Made by a program: the position numbers and the translations under genes
Origin: Octopus sinensis
Taxonomy: Eukaryota
DNA length: 64,000 nucleotides
NCBI RefSeq assembly: GCF_006345805.1
Contig: NC_042998.1
Coordinates: forward strand, 156,984,001-157,048,000
Reading direction: 5' to 3'
Part shown: positions 12,850 through 24,514 of the stretch, in pieces
How positions within the stretch are numbered: the first letter of the stretch is position 1
Layout of the letters: each line of letters begins with the position of its first letter
The notes under the pieces: generated by a model
What the model was told of the DNA's origin: nothing
What the model saw: the letters and a program-made list of their open reading frames with translations, nothing else
Database searches by the model: none

Positions 12850-14915
12850 ATAGGTAAATAAATGGAGTTGAACGAAAATGTTAATAAAATTCTTTTACTT
12901 TCAACATATGTTTCGAAGACAACATGGTTTTATTCCAAAGGAATAAACGGTGTAAGATGCAATCTTCTCATCAGGAAAGAAAGAGAGCCTCTCTCAACAA
13001 CAAGATATTATAACAATGACTGCCTACATGATAAACAGAACGTTATTAAGTATTTTAAAAAACTGTTAGTAGATTTGACGTCAAAGGCAGTTAGTAGGAA
13101 GAGAAGGGTTAAAAGAATAATAAGTATAGAACAAAAAGAGAGGGAGGGATACGCTGATTAAAAAAATGTTCAAAGGCTTAGAAATAGATTTCTCTATTGA
13201 AGTGAAGCGCAAGTTAAACTAGTTGTTCAAACTATAAGGACTGCCGAAATCACTTATATGAGTAAAATGTATGTTTCTGCCAGTGTTTACATTTGTACGA
13301 TCGCTCTATAAGTGTGTTTACAAGGGGATTTTTAGAGAAGAGAATATGGAAGAGTTCAGAGTTGCAAATGTTACAAAATCTCTTGCCCTTATCGAAAGGA
13401 AAGGATACGGACAGTATGAACCAATCTAACTTAAAATCTATATTGCTGTCTTTAAGATGCCAAACCAATTTACTTAGCCCTGTACTATGGCGTTTTTTGC
13501 TATCCCTAAATGATGAATAATGATTTGAAATTCTCTTGGATAACTGGGAAGTGGACGTGCCTATATAGAAGAAGACATCAGTACCGGAAGAAATTTTACA
13601 CTGGTATATAGAATTCTTGATCTTAGAATTATTAGACAAAAATTTAATTCTGTTGGGGTTGTCCTCAGAGATCGAAACCAGGTTTTTATTGCTATGATTA
13701 TAATTATTATTATTAATACTATTACTATTATTATTATTTCTGTTAATACAATTAATATTATTATTAATAATAATAATAATGATACCGTTATTATTATTAT
13801 CATTATTATTATTATTAATACTCTTATTGTTATTATTATTATTATTATCATTATTATTATTATTATTATTATAATTATATGAGGGGTTGGAATTAACAAG
13901 ATTAATGTTGGAACTCCCAGATAAAGAACCTTTATTTAGCAGATTGGTATTGTGAGAGATTCTTAGTGTTGGAGAAAGCGACCCTAACTTTGTGGGAGTT
14001 GATAATCGAGTAATATCTAGAATTTTTTGGAAAGTTCCTAGCAACTGCTTCATGGAACTGCAAGGGAAGGTTCGATTTAATTTGTTTTCCAAATGAAATT
14101 ACAAACCAGATACTTTTCCTAGTGACTTTTAAATTGTACGTGGTATTATCTATAAAGGTAGGGGAAAAATTTCTTGGGTGGAAATTTGAGGTTAAATAAC
14201 GCTTACCTCCCCTAGTTCGTAAAGAATTTATATCATGTATTGCACTATTAGAATTAAAATCACTCTTACTATTATTACAACTAGATATTTTGTCTTGAGA
14301 AGCAGATATAGGACTATATTGAGCAGAATCAACATATGAAACTTTCTGTTTATAGGCAGCTTTTATCAAGGCGGCATTATAGAAGTCTGCCTTTTCGTTA
14401 AAAATGTCAACATTGGCAGATAATTTAGACAGTCTAAGTGAAATGTTTTTAACTAAATTATTAGTAATTGCCCTAGCGTGATTACTGTAAAGACTAATAT
14501 ATTTGAGATTTGTGGAAGGTTTATGGTATGGGAAGTACGAGTTATTTTGTAAATTGAGAAGTTGGCTTTAGTTAACTCATCGTCAAAAACGATGTGAAAG
14601 CCCATTCTACAAAAAACCTAACTAATCTATTCTTAACCTTCTGTAATTTTTTATTTGAAATGTTCTGGAGGTAAAGCAGACAATCGTTGCGATAAAGACC
14701 TCCACAGATGTCCGGGAACTGGTCGGCCATTTCATAAAGAATATATATTCCGACCAAATCGGCTATCTGAGCGCTGTCTGTACTTCCAATTAATACATCA
14801 AACGCATTAGGAGTATCCTTACGGACCCACAACTTGTTATTGAACTTGATGAATGATTTCCTAGCAGTCAGTATCACATTAATTTCTTCCCTAGAGAAAC
14901 CTGCTTTATTGTGTG
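12850..14915 (-). mobile_element. Penelope-like element, 5'-truncated: RT + thumb + C-terminal GIY-YIG endonuclease + HHR-bearing 3' UTR
   Basis: RT: IGSTDSAQIADLVG and GGLYRNDCL (degenerate YRDD). Thumb: PYHKPST-LKYISLYSNH. GIY-YIG: IYQC...FYIGT...KRISNH...STGLS...CNICNSE...CKH. Frameshifts present. Confidence 0.88.
12898..12979 (-). ncRNA. Hammerhead ribozyme in the PLE 3' UTR
   Basis: Minus strand: CTTTC-CTGATGA-GAAGA...(TTTATTCC ttt GGAATAAA)...TCTTC-GAAA-C(ATAT)G-TT-GAAAG. 5-bp stems I and II, intact core, GUU cleavage triplet. Confidence 0.85.
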
Positions 14916-14933
14916 TGTGCCATTCACCCATTG

Positions 14934-14972
<39 letters not shown>

Positions 14973-15287
14973 AATTGAGATAGGGGTTGTAAATGCAACC
15001 CTCCATGGGATAACATATATCCAATATACTGCTAGTGAAGTACCCAACAAAGTTAATACATAAATGTTAAGGATTTCGATGCAATCAATTCATTTACTGT
15101 ATTATATGGGCAAAGGTAAAATGATTTACCACAAATTACTATTACAAGATAAGAAAATGGAGAAATACATCTAAATCAAATATCAATTACCAGATAATAC
15201 TCAATCACATACTTTAGGGTTAAACATAAAAAAGCAGAACAAATCAGTGTACATAAAGGAATGTACATGAGTGTGTGTGTTAGTGTA

Positions 15288-15743
15288 TAGACACTGTTGC
15301 CTGTACTGATTTGTCTATAAGCCATGCGATGACAGACATGCACTCTGAAATCTAGTGAATGTGTAGGGACGTGTCAGGGTGTATTCATGTGTGTGTGCAT
15401 GTGTGTGGGTTTTTATGTGGACGTGTGGGTTTAGGGTTGGATGTGGATGTGTATGTTTTTCTTGTGCGGTGTGGTGGAGGTCGGGCAGCTCTCAACGGAC
15501 CAACCATGAGGTAGACACTGTTGCCTGTACTGATTTGGCTTTAAGCCATGCGATGACAGACATGGACTCTGAAATCTAGTGAATGTGTAGGGACGTGTCG
15601 GGGTGTATTCATGTGTGTGTGCATGTGTGTGTGGGTTTTTATGTGGACGTGTGGGTTTAGGGTTGGATGTGGATGTGTATGTTTTTCTTGTGCGGTGTGG
15701 TGGAGGTCGGGCGGCTCTCAACAGACCAATCATGAGGTAGACA
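15288..15743. repeat. Tandem duplication, two ~225-bp units
   Basis: Unit starts (TAGACACTG/TAGACA) at 15288, 15512 and 15738. Units are nearly identical. Confidence 0.9.
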
Positions 15744-16155
15744 ATCATAATTTAAATTCAAATCCAATAGTGTATTTATGTCATAAGGAAAATTACTAAC
15801 TGGAATCCGGACATACATATGTGCCACTTCGGATCCTAATGTAAGCGTTATTAATAATATTATGTATGATAATAATGGTAGCATTAATGGCATTGACAAC
15901 GATAATGATGCTAACTTTAATGACACTTTGGAAATTAGTAGGAAGTAATATAATGTACTATTGACTATGTATGTTTGCATCTAGGTACTAATATGTGTAT
16001 GTTTATTATCACAATGTTAAATTGAAGAACTGAAGCGTTGAATATGGAACATATATATGTTTACTAATTTATATTATTTATTTACATCATTATGTATATG
16101 TATATTTTTATATGTATAGGAGTGTGAGTATATGCACTCATATGTATATGTATAT

Positions 16156-16247
16156 CTCTGAGGAGGCCTTATGATATTTTTGTAAATGTCTCATTTATAT
16201 CTATATATTGACCTACCATAAAAGGCTAATATTGGTAAAATGAGACA
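16156..16247 (+). ncRNA. 5' half of an extended-stem-II HHR, truncated by a microsatellite
   Basis: CT-CTGAGGA-GGCC, then a TGTCTCATTT/AAATGAGACA helix. The GAAA and stem III half is missing. Confidence 0.5.
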
Positions 16248-16420
16248 CACATATATACATATATATATACATATATATATACATATATATATATACATAT
16301 ACATATATATATATATATACATATACACATATATATATATACATATACACACACACACATATATATATAAACACACATACACACATAATCAAAATAAGCA
16401 ACACGGATATCCAAAGGTAG

Positions 16421-16507
16421 TGCAGTATAATCGTTTCATGTGACTTCATTTAATTAAACAATGCAAGTATTACATCAGTTTTAAATGTAGAGCAATCTTC
16501 AGCTGCA
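16421..16507 (-). ncRNA. Degenerate hammerhead ribozyme with long stem II
   Basis: Minus strand: TGCAG-CTGAAGA-(58 nt including CATTTAA/TTAAATG)-GAAA-CGATTA-TA-CTGCA. Stem I is perfect; stem II base and stem III are mismatched. Confidence 0.6.
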
Positions 16508-17775
16508 TATGGAATTTTTTAGTTAAATTGAAAAGATTCATTTTTATACTTATTCCATTTATCAACATCACAAAGAGGGTAAGTAGATAGACAGAGAGGC
16601 AAGTCTCATCATCAGAAACATGGTAGTAAATGATATTTACTCATGGATACATTACTTATCACTGAATTTACTTTGTTATTTAGATTTACTATTGGGGAGA
16701 GGGTTTGATATTATTCTATTGAGTTCAGTGGAGACAACACCAAGAATCTATCTTTTTATAGATAGAGGAAGAGGCAGTTTAAGTGGCAGAGCCATAAGTC
16801 AAGCTCTCTTTGAAGAACCTTCCTCTGGTACAGTTGAATGTATTTCAGCTAAAGCAGATGGGGTAGGGAGAATAGAAACTTCCAATACTTAACTATTTAA
16901 CAGCCATAATCCTACTTGTGATTTGAAGTAAATATCTTTTAGATAGTTTTTTTCAAAGGATTCTAATAATTTTTGTATCTTATACAATATAGGGATGGAG
17001 AATATAGAAATAATTTCATATTTATATAAATATAAATCAAATTAATATAAATTTATAGTTAATTAGTAAATAGTAATTTATTGGTATTAATGAGTTAATT
17101 TAAAGAAATATGCTAGGCATATCATTTATTTTCAGCATGTTAATGACTTTAGAATGTACTTACTCGTGCTATAAAATAGATAGTGAATTATAACAGTATG
17201 GTTCTGTATAGGTTAAGTGTGAATTTAATAGAAATATATTATTGGCAAGATAAAATGGTTTAAAATTTTAGTGAAGGAAATTTAAGTCAGCAAATTGAAA
17301 AATAAAATTATTTTAGACTATAGTAGATAAGGGGTAGACTAGATTTGCATTCCAAAAACTTATTATAGGATATACTTAGTTTATTTATAATAGGTGAGGT
17401 AAGCTGCTATAAGAAAATACTTAATAATTACATAATAATTTTATAATTACTAGACTAAAATTAATATTTATTTATCATGGGAGTTATTGGGTAAGATTAG
17501 TGTTTAATAACAAGTGAAGAAATGATCAAACTATTGGTTAGAAATTTTAATAATAATAAGACCATTATCAAAATAGAGACTAAATAACATAGATATTATT
17601 ATCTATTCAATTATCAGGTTTTGAATATTAATTAAGGGGATTTAGAAGAGCTTTTTATGAGGATATTCCTAGCAAAAAAAGTTATTAATTAGCACACATA
17701 TCAAAAGCCTTTAAAATATTTTAAAATACAATGGAAGGGAGGTAACCATATATATATACAAAATTTAGTGGAATG

Positions 17776-18081
17776 ACCACTAATAGTGGACAGCCTGTAT
17801 GCTAGATTTAGACGTCAAACTCACCATTTACCACGAAGAATGTGTTCTCAAGAAAAAATTCAGCAAAAACCAACGTTTAAAACAATCTTGCAGATGTTTA
17901 CATATCCATATACATAAATGAAACAAGTGAAACTAATTAGTACTAGGTAATCGTTTTTTATTTTCGTATATTTTCATTTGTCTTATTTTTAAACGTTGGT
18001 TTTTGCTGAGAACACATTCTTCGTGGTAAATGGCGAGTTTGACGTCTATATCTAGCATACAGGCTGTCCACTATTAGTGGT
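17776..18081. repeat. Inverted repeat, ~95-105 bp arms with ~100 bp spacer
   Basis: ACCACTAATAGTGGACAGCCTGTATGCTAGA...CCAACGTTTAAAA (17776-~17882) matches its reverse complement at ~17987-18081. Confidence 0.88.
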
Positions 18082-18089
18082 AATTTTTC

Positions 18090-21000
18090 TCACAGCGATG
18101 TCCAAAGCGAGCTAAGAATTCTCATTTCATTACTTCCGATCCTCGTACTACATACATTTGCCGCTAACGCTTAAATGTTTGAATCTATTCACTAATCTGC
18201 CTGTTTTTTTCTTTCATGAGCTAACTGTTGATGTCGTCCCCCACAAAATATAATCCTTTAATTTTTTTAACCCCCCCCCCCTCGGTATGAAGTTAATTTG
18301 TTCGTTACTCTATGTTACTTTCTTCAAACCCCAATTGCTTAATTCTTCTCACTACTGTCCCCAATCAAAATCTTCGCCATTCGTAGTGCACCCGCCCTTT
18401 CTCACCCCCACCACCAATACTGAAGAACACTCTGTTTATACCATCTACACCGGTTATCCCTTCTCCCACCACCATTACGTGTGTCTACTCCTCCAACCCC
18501 TCCTCTTCAATATGCTTTTTCACTATGTATTACCCCTGCCTCTCTCCCCCAAGACAGAAGCAGCTAGCACCGCAGCTCATCAACCGTCCCACTTAACCAG
18601 TTATCTTACGTTTCCTCCTGTTTTGAAATCTGTCACTGCCTCAACCGGCTATTTCCTTCCAGTCCCCTCCCTCACTCGTGATATCCTACATTTTATTTCA
18701 TACGTTTCATTCTGTCTAGAACCTGCCACCAACCCTACCTGTCATCGTTTCTCCTTACCCCAACCCTCCCCACTGGTGCTCCCCTATATTACCTGCACTA
18801 TCCCCCCACTTTCTCTCCCTCTCTCTCTCTCTTCTGGAACCCTTCCCCGCTGCAATGCAACCAAAAATTTTTTCTCAGCTGGACCCCCCCCCCAACCCAA
18901 CACTAGAATATCCATGTTTCTGCTATGCTGCTTAAACTACATTACTCAGTGACCATAATGCTTGCTTAGAATGCTACTAACACCTAGAATTTCAGTATTT
19001 CTGCCACAGAGCTTACATCTACATCATCAATGACCTTAATGCTTACGCTTACAATGCTACTAACACCAGCTCCTGCCTACAGCAGGGGTCACAACCTTAA
19101 CATGCCTAAATGCTTGAATGTTGTCAGATCGGAAGAGAGATCAGATGAAAAATGCCTAAAAAACGATCACCACCACAACAACCCTCTTCTTTTCAGGTGC
19201 TGAATTGCACCCCTCCTCCCCACATCTCCTTCCCAGTTTTCAGAGTTGGCACTGTCAATGTTGGTACATTGAAAGGTAGGTCTAGTGAGATTGTAGAGAT
19301 GCTTGAGAGAAGACGGGTTGATGTATGCTGCATACAAGAGGTAAGATGGAGAGGTGCTTCAGCTAGGGTCCTCACAGGCAAGGCACATAGGTATAAAGTC
19401 TTCTGGCAAGGTAACATGGATGGTGTAGGGGGTGTAGGCATTCTCCTTGCGGAGAAATGGATGGATAAGGTCATAGAGGTTGTCAGGGTTTGCGATAGAG
19501 TGCTTAAGCTCAGGTTAGTCCTACAGAGTGGCACAGCTACGATTATCTCCGCCTATGCCCCACAAGCGGGACTACCAAATGATCAGAAGGACCACTTTTA
19601 TGATACCCTTCTACAGGCTACCTCAAAGACTAGTGGCAAGGACCTCATCTTTGTGGGTGGAGACTTTAATGGGCATGTTGGGCGGGAATCGGGTATCTTC
19701 ACTGGGGTACACGGTGGCCATGGTATTGGCACCAGAAATGATGAGGGAACTAGACTACTGGAATTCTGTGATGCATGTAACCTTTTAATCTGCAACACTA
19801 ACTTCAGGAAGCATGACTGCCACCTTATAACCTATTAGTCAGGAGACTCCGCTAACCAAATAGACTTCATCCTCACCAGACAGCGGGATGCAGGGTCGCT
19901 CTTAAATACAAAGACCCTCCCGGGTGAAGAATGTATCCCTCAGCTTGAAGCCAGAAGGACTCCAAGAAACAAACCAATCCAGAAAAGAAGGATTTGGAAG
20001 CTAAAGAACCCTTCACATGGTCAGAGATTTAGGGAGATCCTCATCAAGAAATTTGATGAGAGGGAGGAGGAGCTTCAGACGTCGGACATAGAAGGTAGCT
20101 GGGAATTCCTACGGGACAGCTTACTGAGTGCCACAGACCAAGTCTGTGGATGGTGCAAAGTCCCTTCCAGACCTAGAGTTACGTGGTGGTGGAATAGTGC
20201 AGTAGACAAAGCCATTAGTGCAAAGAAACAGGCCTGGAAAGCCTGGAGGGATGGGGGTAGCAGGGAACTATACCAGGTAGCCAAAAGGGAGGCTGGGCGG
20301 CAGGTATACATAGCCAAAGATGTAGCAGAAAAGAAGAAGTTTGCCAATGTCCAGCGACGTGAGGACCAAAGAGCTGAAGTATTTTGGATTGCCAGACAGT
20401 GTGTGAGAGAAAATAGTGATGTTACAGGAGAGAAATGTGTCCGCATGGATGATGGGGTACTTGCTTTTAATGTTGGTGAAAAGAAAGAAGCTTGGAGAAG
20501 TCATTATGAAAGACTGCTGAATGTGGAGAATGAATGGGAGGAGGAGAGCCTGCCAAATGTTGACCCAGTAGAGGGACCAGCTATCCGAATAGACAGCTCC
20601 CTTGTAGCTAAGGCAATTAAGGATATGAAACCAGGTAAAGCCCCCGGCCCATCAGGAATCACTGCTGAGATGCTTAAAACAGCTGGCTATGTGGGCTATG
20701 GCCTAGTCACCTGCATTGTAAACCAGGTAGTTCATAATGGAGTCATACCCAATGACTGGCGTAGCAGCACCATAGTCAACTGCTACAAGGGTAAGGGTGA
20801 TGCTCTAGATAGAAATAACTACAGGGGTATTAAACTGTTGGATCAGGTGATGAAGGTCACAGAGAGGGTCATAACCCATCTCATTAGGGAGAGAATTTGC
20901 TTAGATGAGATGCAGTTCGGTTTTGTGCGGGGTAGAAGCACCACTGATGCTATATTCCTGGTCCGACAACTGCAGGAGAAGTACCTAGCTAAAGATAAAC

Positions 21001-22646
21001 CCCTCTACATAGCTTTTGTGGACTTGGAGAAAGCCTTTGACAGGGTCCCCCGATCCCTTATCTGGTGGTCGATGCGGAAACTGGAGATTGACGAATGGCT
21101 AATAAGGGCTATACAGGCCCTATACAGAGAGGCTGTCAGCAAGGTTAGGATTGGCAACGAATATAGTGAAGAATTCCGGGTAGATGTAGGTGTACACCAA
21201 GGCTCAGCCCTCAGTCCCCCTTTATTCATCATAGTCCTCCAGGCAATAACAGAGGAATTCAAAACATGATGTCCCTGGGAGCTCCTCTATGCAGAATCAC
21301 TACCGGAACTAGAAAAGAAATTTCGGGTGTGGAAGCAAGGGTTAGAATCAAAGGGCCTTAGAGTAAATGTAGCAAAGACCAAAGTTATAGTAAGCAGAAA
21401 GGCAAACTCAGCACACACCTCCTTGGGCAGGTGGCCCTGCTCGATCTGTAGGAAAGGTGTAGGTAGAAACTCCATAAGATGCACCCAGTGTAAGCTATGG
21501 ACGCATAAGAGGTGCAGCAACATCAAAGGGAAATTAACTGGTAAGATAGCTTTCATGTGTGGCAGATGCACAGGGACAATAGACACCACAGATACTCAGA
21601 AAACAGATTCCATCACACTCCAGGGGAAGAAACTAGAAGTAGTTGATAGTTTCCGCTACCTGGGTGACCAAGTTAGTAGTGGAGGTGGATGCTCAGAGAG
21701 TGTCACCACTAGAATACGAATAGCCTGGGCAAAGTTCAGAAAGCTCCTACCCCTACTGGCGACAAAGGGTCTCTCGCTCAAAGTGAAAGGTAGATTGTAT
21801 GACGCATGTGTGCGAACTCCCATGTTTCACGGTAGTGAAACATGGGCTGTGACTGCAGAGGACATGCGTAGACTTGAAAGGAATGAAGCTAGCATGATCC
21901 GCTGGATGTGTAATGTCAGTGTGCACGCACGACAGAGTGTAAGCACCCTGAGAGAAATGCTGGACATAAGAAGCATCAGATGTGGTGTGCAAGAGCGACG
22001 CTTGCGATGGTATGGTCATGTACTGCGGATGGATGAGGAGAGATGTGTGAAGAAGTGCCACTCCCAAACAGTTGAAGGTATCAGGGGGAGAGGTAGACCC
22101 AGGAAGACATGGGATGAGGTAGTCAAGCATGACTTCAGAGCGTTGGGCCTCACTGAGACAATAGCGAAGGACCGAGATCTCTGGAGATATGCTGTGACTG
22201 CAAAGACCCGGGCTGCTTCCTGTACCAGTTCTGCATAGCCCCTGCCCATTCAAAGTACCTTGGATTCCAGCACATAAAAAGCACCATCCGAACATGGCCG
22301 TTGCCAGCGCCGCCTCGACTGGCTCCAGTGCCGGTGGCACATAAAAAGCACCATCCGAATGTGGCCGATGCCAGCGCCACCTTGGCTGGCTTCCGTGCCG
22401 GTGGCACGTTAAAAGCACCAACCAATCGTGGCCGATGCCGGAACCCCCTGGCACCTGTGCAGGTGGCACATAAAAAGCACCCACTACACTCGCGGAGTGG
22501 TTGGCATTAGGAAGGGCATCCAGCTGTAGAAACTCTGCCAGATCAGACTGGAGCCTGGTGCAGCCCCTGGCTTCACAGACCCCGGTCGAACCGTCCAACC
22601 CGTGCTAGCGCGGAAAACGGACGTTAAACGATGATGATGATGATGA
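18090..22646 (+). mobile_element. RTE-clade LINE, near full length (APE + RT with PHD-like Cys/His insert), inactivated
   Basis: APE: GTVNVGTL, IQEVRW, SAYAPQ, GGDFNGHVG. RT: NYRGIKLL, QFGF, FVDLEKAFDRVP, GVHQGS. C-terminal LRWYGHVLR and GRPRKTW. 3' UTR with tandem subrepeats and (GAT)n tail. The 5' boundary is uncertain. Confidence 0.92.
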
Positions 22647-22968
22647 AAATTTTTAATCTTCGGATTTAAAAAAAAATATGCTAGGCCACTGGTTTTAATT
22701 GATTAATATCAATTTCTACCCTTATTTAATTTTATATATATATATATATACACATACGTATACACACACACACACATATATATATATATGTATATATGTA
22801 TGTATGTGTATATATATAAACATACATATATATAAACATACATATATATATACATATATATAAACATACATATATATATATAAACATATGTATATACATA
22901 TATATAAACATACGTATATACATATATATAAACATACGTATATACATATATATAAACATACGTATATA

Positions 22969-23172
22969 CGGGCATGGCTGTGTAGTTAGGGAGCTTGCTT
23001 CCTAGCTACATGGTTTCGGGTTCAGTCCCACTGTGTGGCACTTTGGGTAGGTGTCTTCCACTATAGCCCCGAGCCGACTGAAGCTTTGTGATTGAATTCG
23101 GCAGGCGGAAGTTACTGCTGTGTGTGTATATGTGCGTGTAGGTGCTTGTGCCTCTCTGAAAGAGAGAGAGGG

Positions 23173-23173
<1 letters not shown>
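22969..23173 (+). mobile_element. tRNA-derived SINE, 5' part
   Basis: GGCTGTGTAGTTAGG (A box-like) and GGGTTCAGTCCC (B box-like). Homologous to 28107-28507. Confidence 0.8.
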
Positions 23174-23219
<46 letters not shown>

Positions 23220-23712
23220 ACAAATGAAAGACAGAAGATGGTACATATGAGAATATATATATTCTTGTATATTCCATCTTCTGTCTTTCATTTGTTATTT
23301 ACCTAACAATCACTCTGAAAGTGGCCGTGCTTTACCAGTAAGCTACCAGGTGTAAACCACTTTATTATCCATTGCACACATACACATATGATGGACTCTC
23401 TTGTTGAAGACAACATGAGTGTTCAGCTTTTGCGAACAACCTGCACAAATGATTTGTTTATTGTGATCAAATGTATGTGTCGTATATTAGCTCACCCCCT
23501 CCACCAAATCAACGTTACCTGAACAGTTGCAGTGTACCACATGTCAGGTGTCAAAGTGATCACAGAGCAAAGTGAGATGTGATTTTTCCAAGTTTGGTTG
23601 AACTCAACAATCAAGTACAATTAAAGCCCATAGTACCACACTTCATTATCCAGTGTTTGATTCAGAACGGTGAGCAACTACACAAACTATTTAGTTTATA
23701 TTAAAACAGTGC

Positions 23713-23920
23713 TCCCCTCTCTCTCTCTTTCGGAGAGGCACAAGCACCTACATGCACATATACACACACGGCAGTAACTTCCGCCTGCCGAATTCAATCA
23801 CAAAGCTTCGGTCGGCTCGGGGCTATAGCAGAAGACACCTACCCAAAGTGCCATGCAGTGGGACTGAACCCGAAACCATATAGCTAGGAAGCAAGCTCCC
23901 TAACCACACAGCCATGCCCG
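23713..23920 (-). mobile_element. tRNA-derived SINE, inverted near-identical partner of 22969-23173
   Basis: Reverse complement of 22969-23173 with few substitutions and the same truncation point at the (GA)n tract. Confidence 0.82.
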
Positions 23921-24452
23921 CGCAACAATCATTTTTTAAATCTTACATGATATTGAGTCTAACTGAAGTATTACAATTCATAAACTGTCTCAAAATAAAC
24001 ACCCTATTTATGTTAAACTTGTTGCCATAAAAAAACCTAAATTGAGCATCATAATCACATCAAACAATAAAAATAAAAGCCAAGGTCTGATGTGGAGGAT
24101 GGGGCTGTGACCTTCACAAATCCACTGAGACTAGTGAAATCTAAGTAATAGATATTCCTCTTGAACAGCTACAGAAATGGCTGCAAACTAGAATAAACAG
24201 CATTATATATTTTACTCAGGAGCACAACATAATGACCAATTTGTAGATTTGAACTGATGACCATGTGAGCACATCAATGCCACTTTAAAATCAGATATAC
24301 AATGATTAACTATTAAATTAAAATGGAGATAAAGCATTAAGATAGGTGAGGAGTACCTGAAGATTCAATTGTTCTTATGCTCTTCTTATGATTATGTTGT
24401 TCTTTCATAATACAAAAATTGTAGTCTTTTAATGGAATGTAAGTATACATAC

Positions 24453-24514
24453 CTGTATAGTGGGTTCATTGCAATGATATCCCGGATAGTCTTCACAACC
24501 TCTGATGTCAGTGC
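24453..24514 (-). CDS. LONP1: LONP1 coding exon 6 (62 nt)
   Basis: cttttag acceptor, translates ALTSEVVKTIRDIIAMNPLY(R), GTATGT donor. Highly conserved LONP1 peptide. Confidence 0.95.

Noticed and set aside
15288-15743. Tandem units as a CRISPR-like or retrozyme array
   Set aside because: Only two near-identical units, with no spacers and no ribozyme core. Eukaryotic context.
16560-17750. Possible further PLE coding remnant or LONP1 exon
   Set aside because: No recognisable RT, GIY-YIG or Lon peptide in the frames I read.
18287-18952. 221-aa Pro/Leu/Ser-rich ORF upstream of the RTE APE domain
   Set aside because: Pyrimidine-rich low-complexity sequence without motifs. More likely RTE 5' UTR than a real ORF1.
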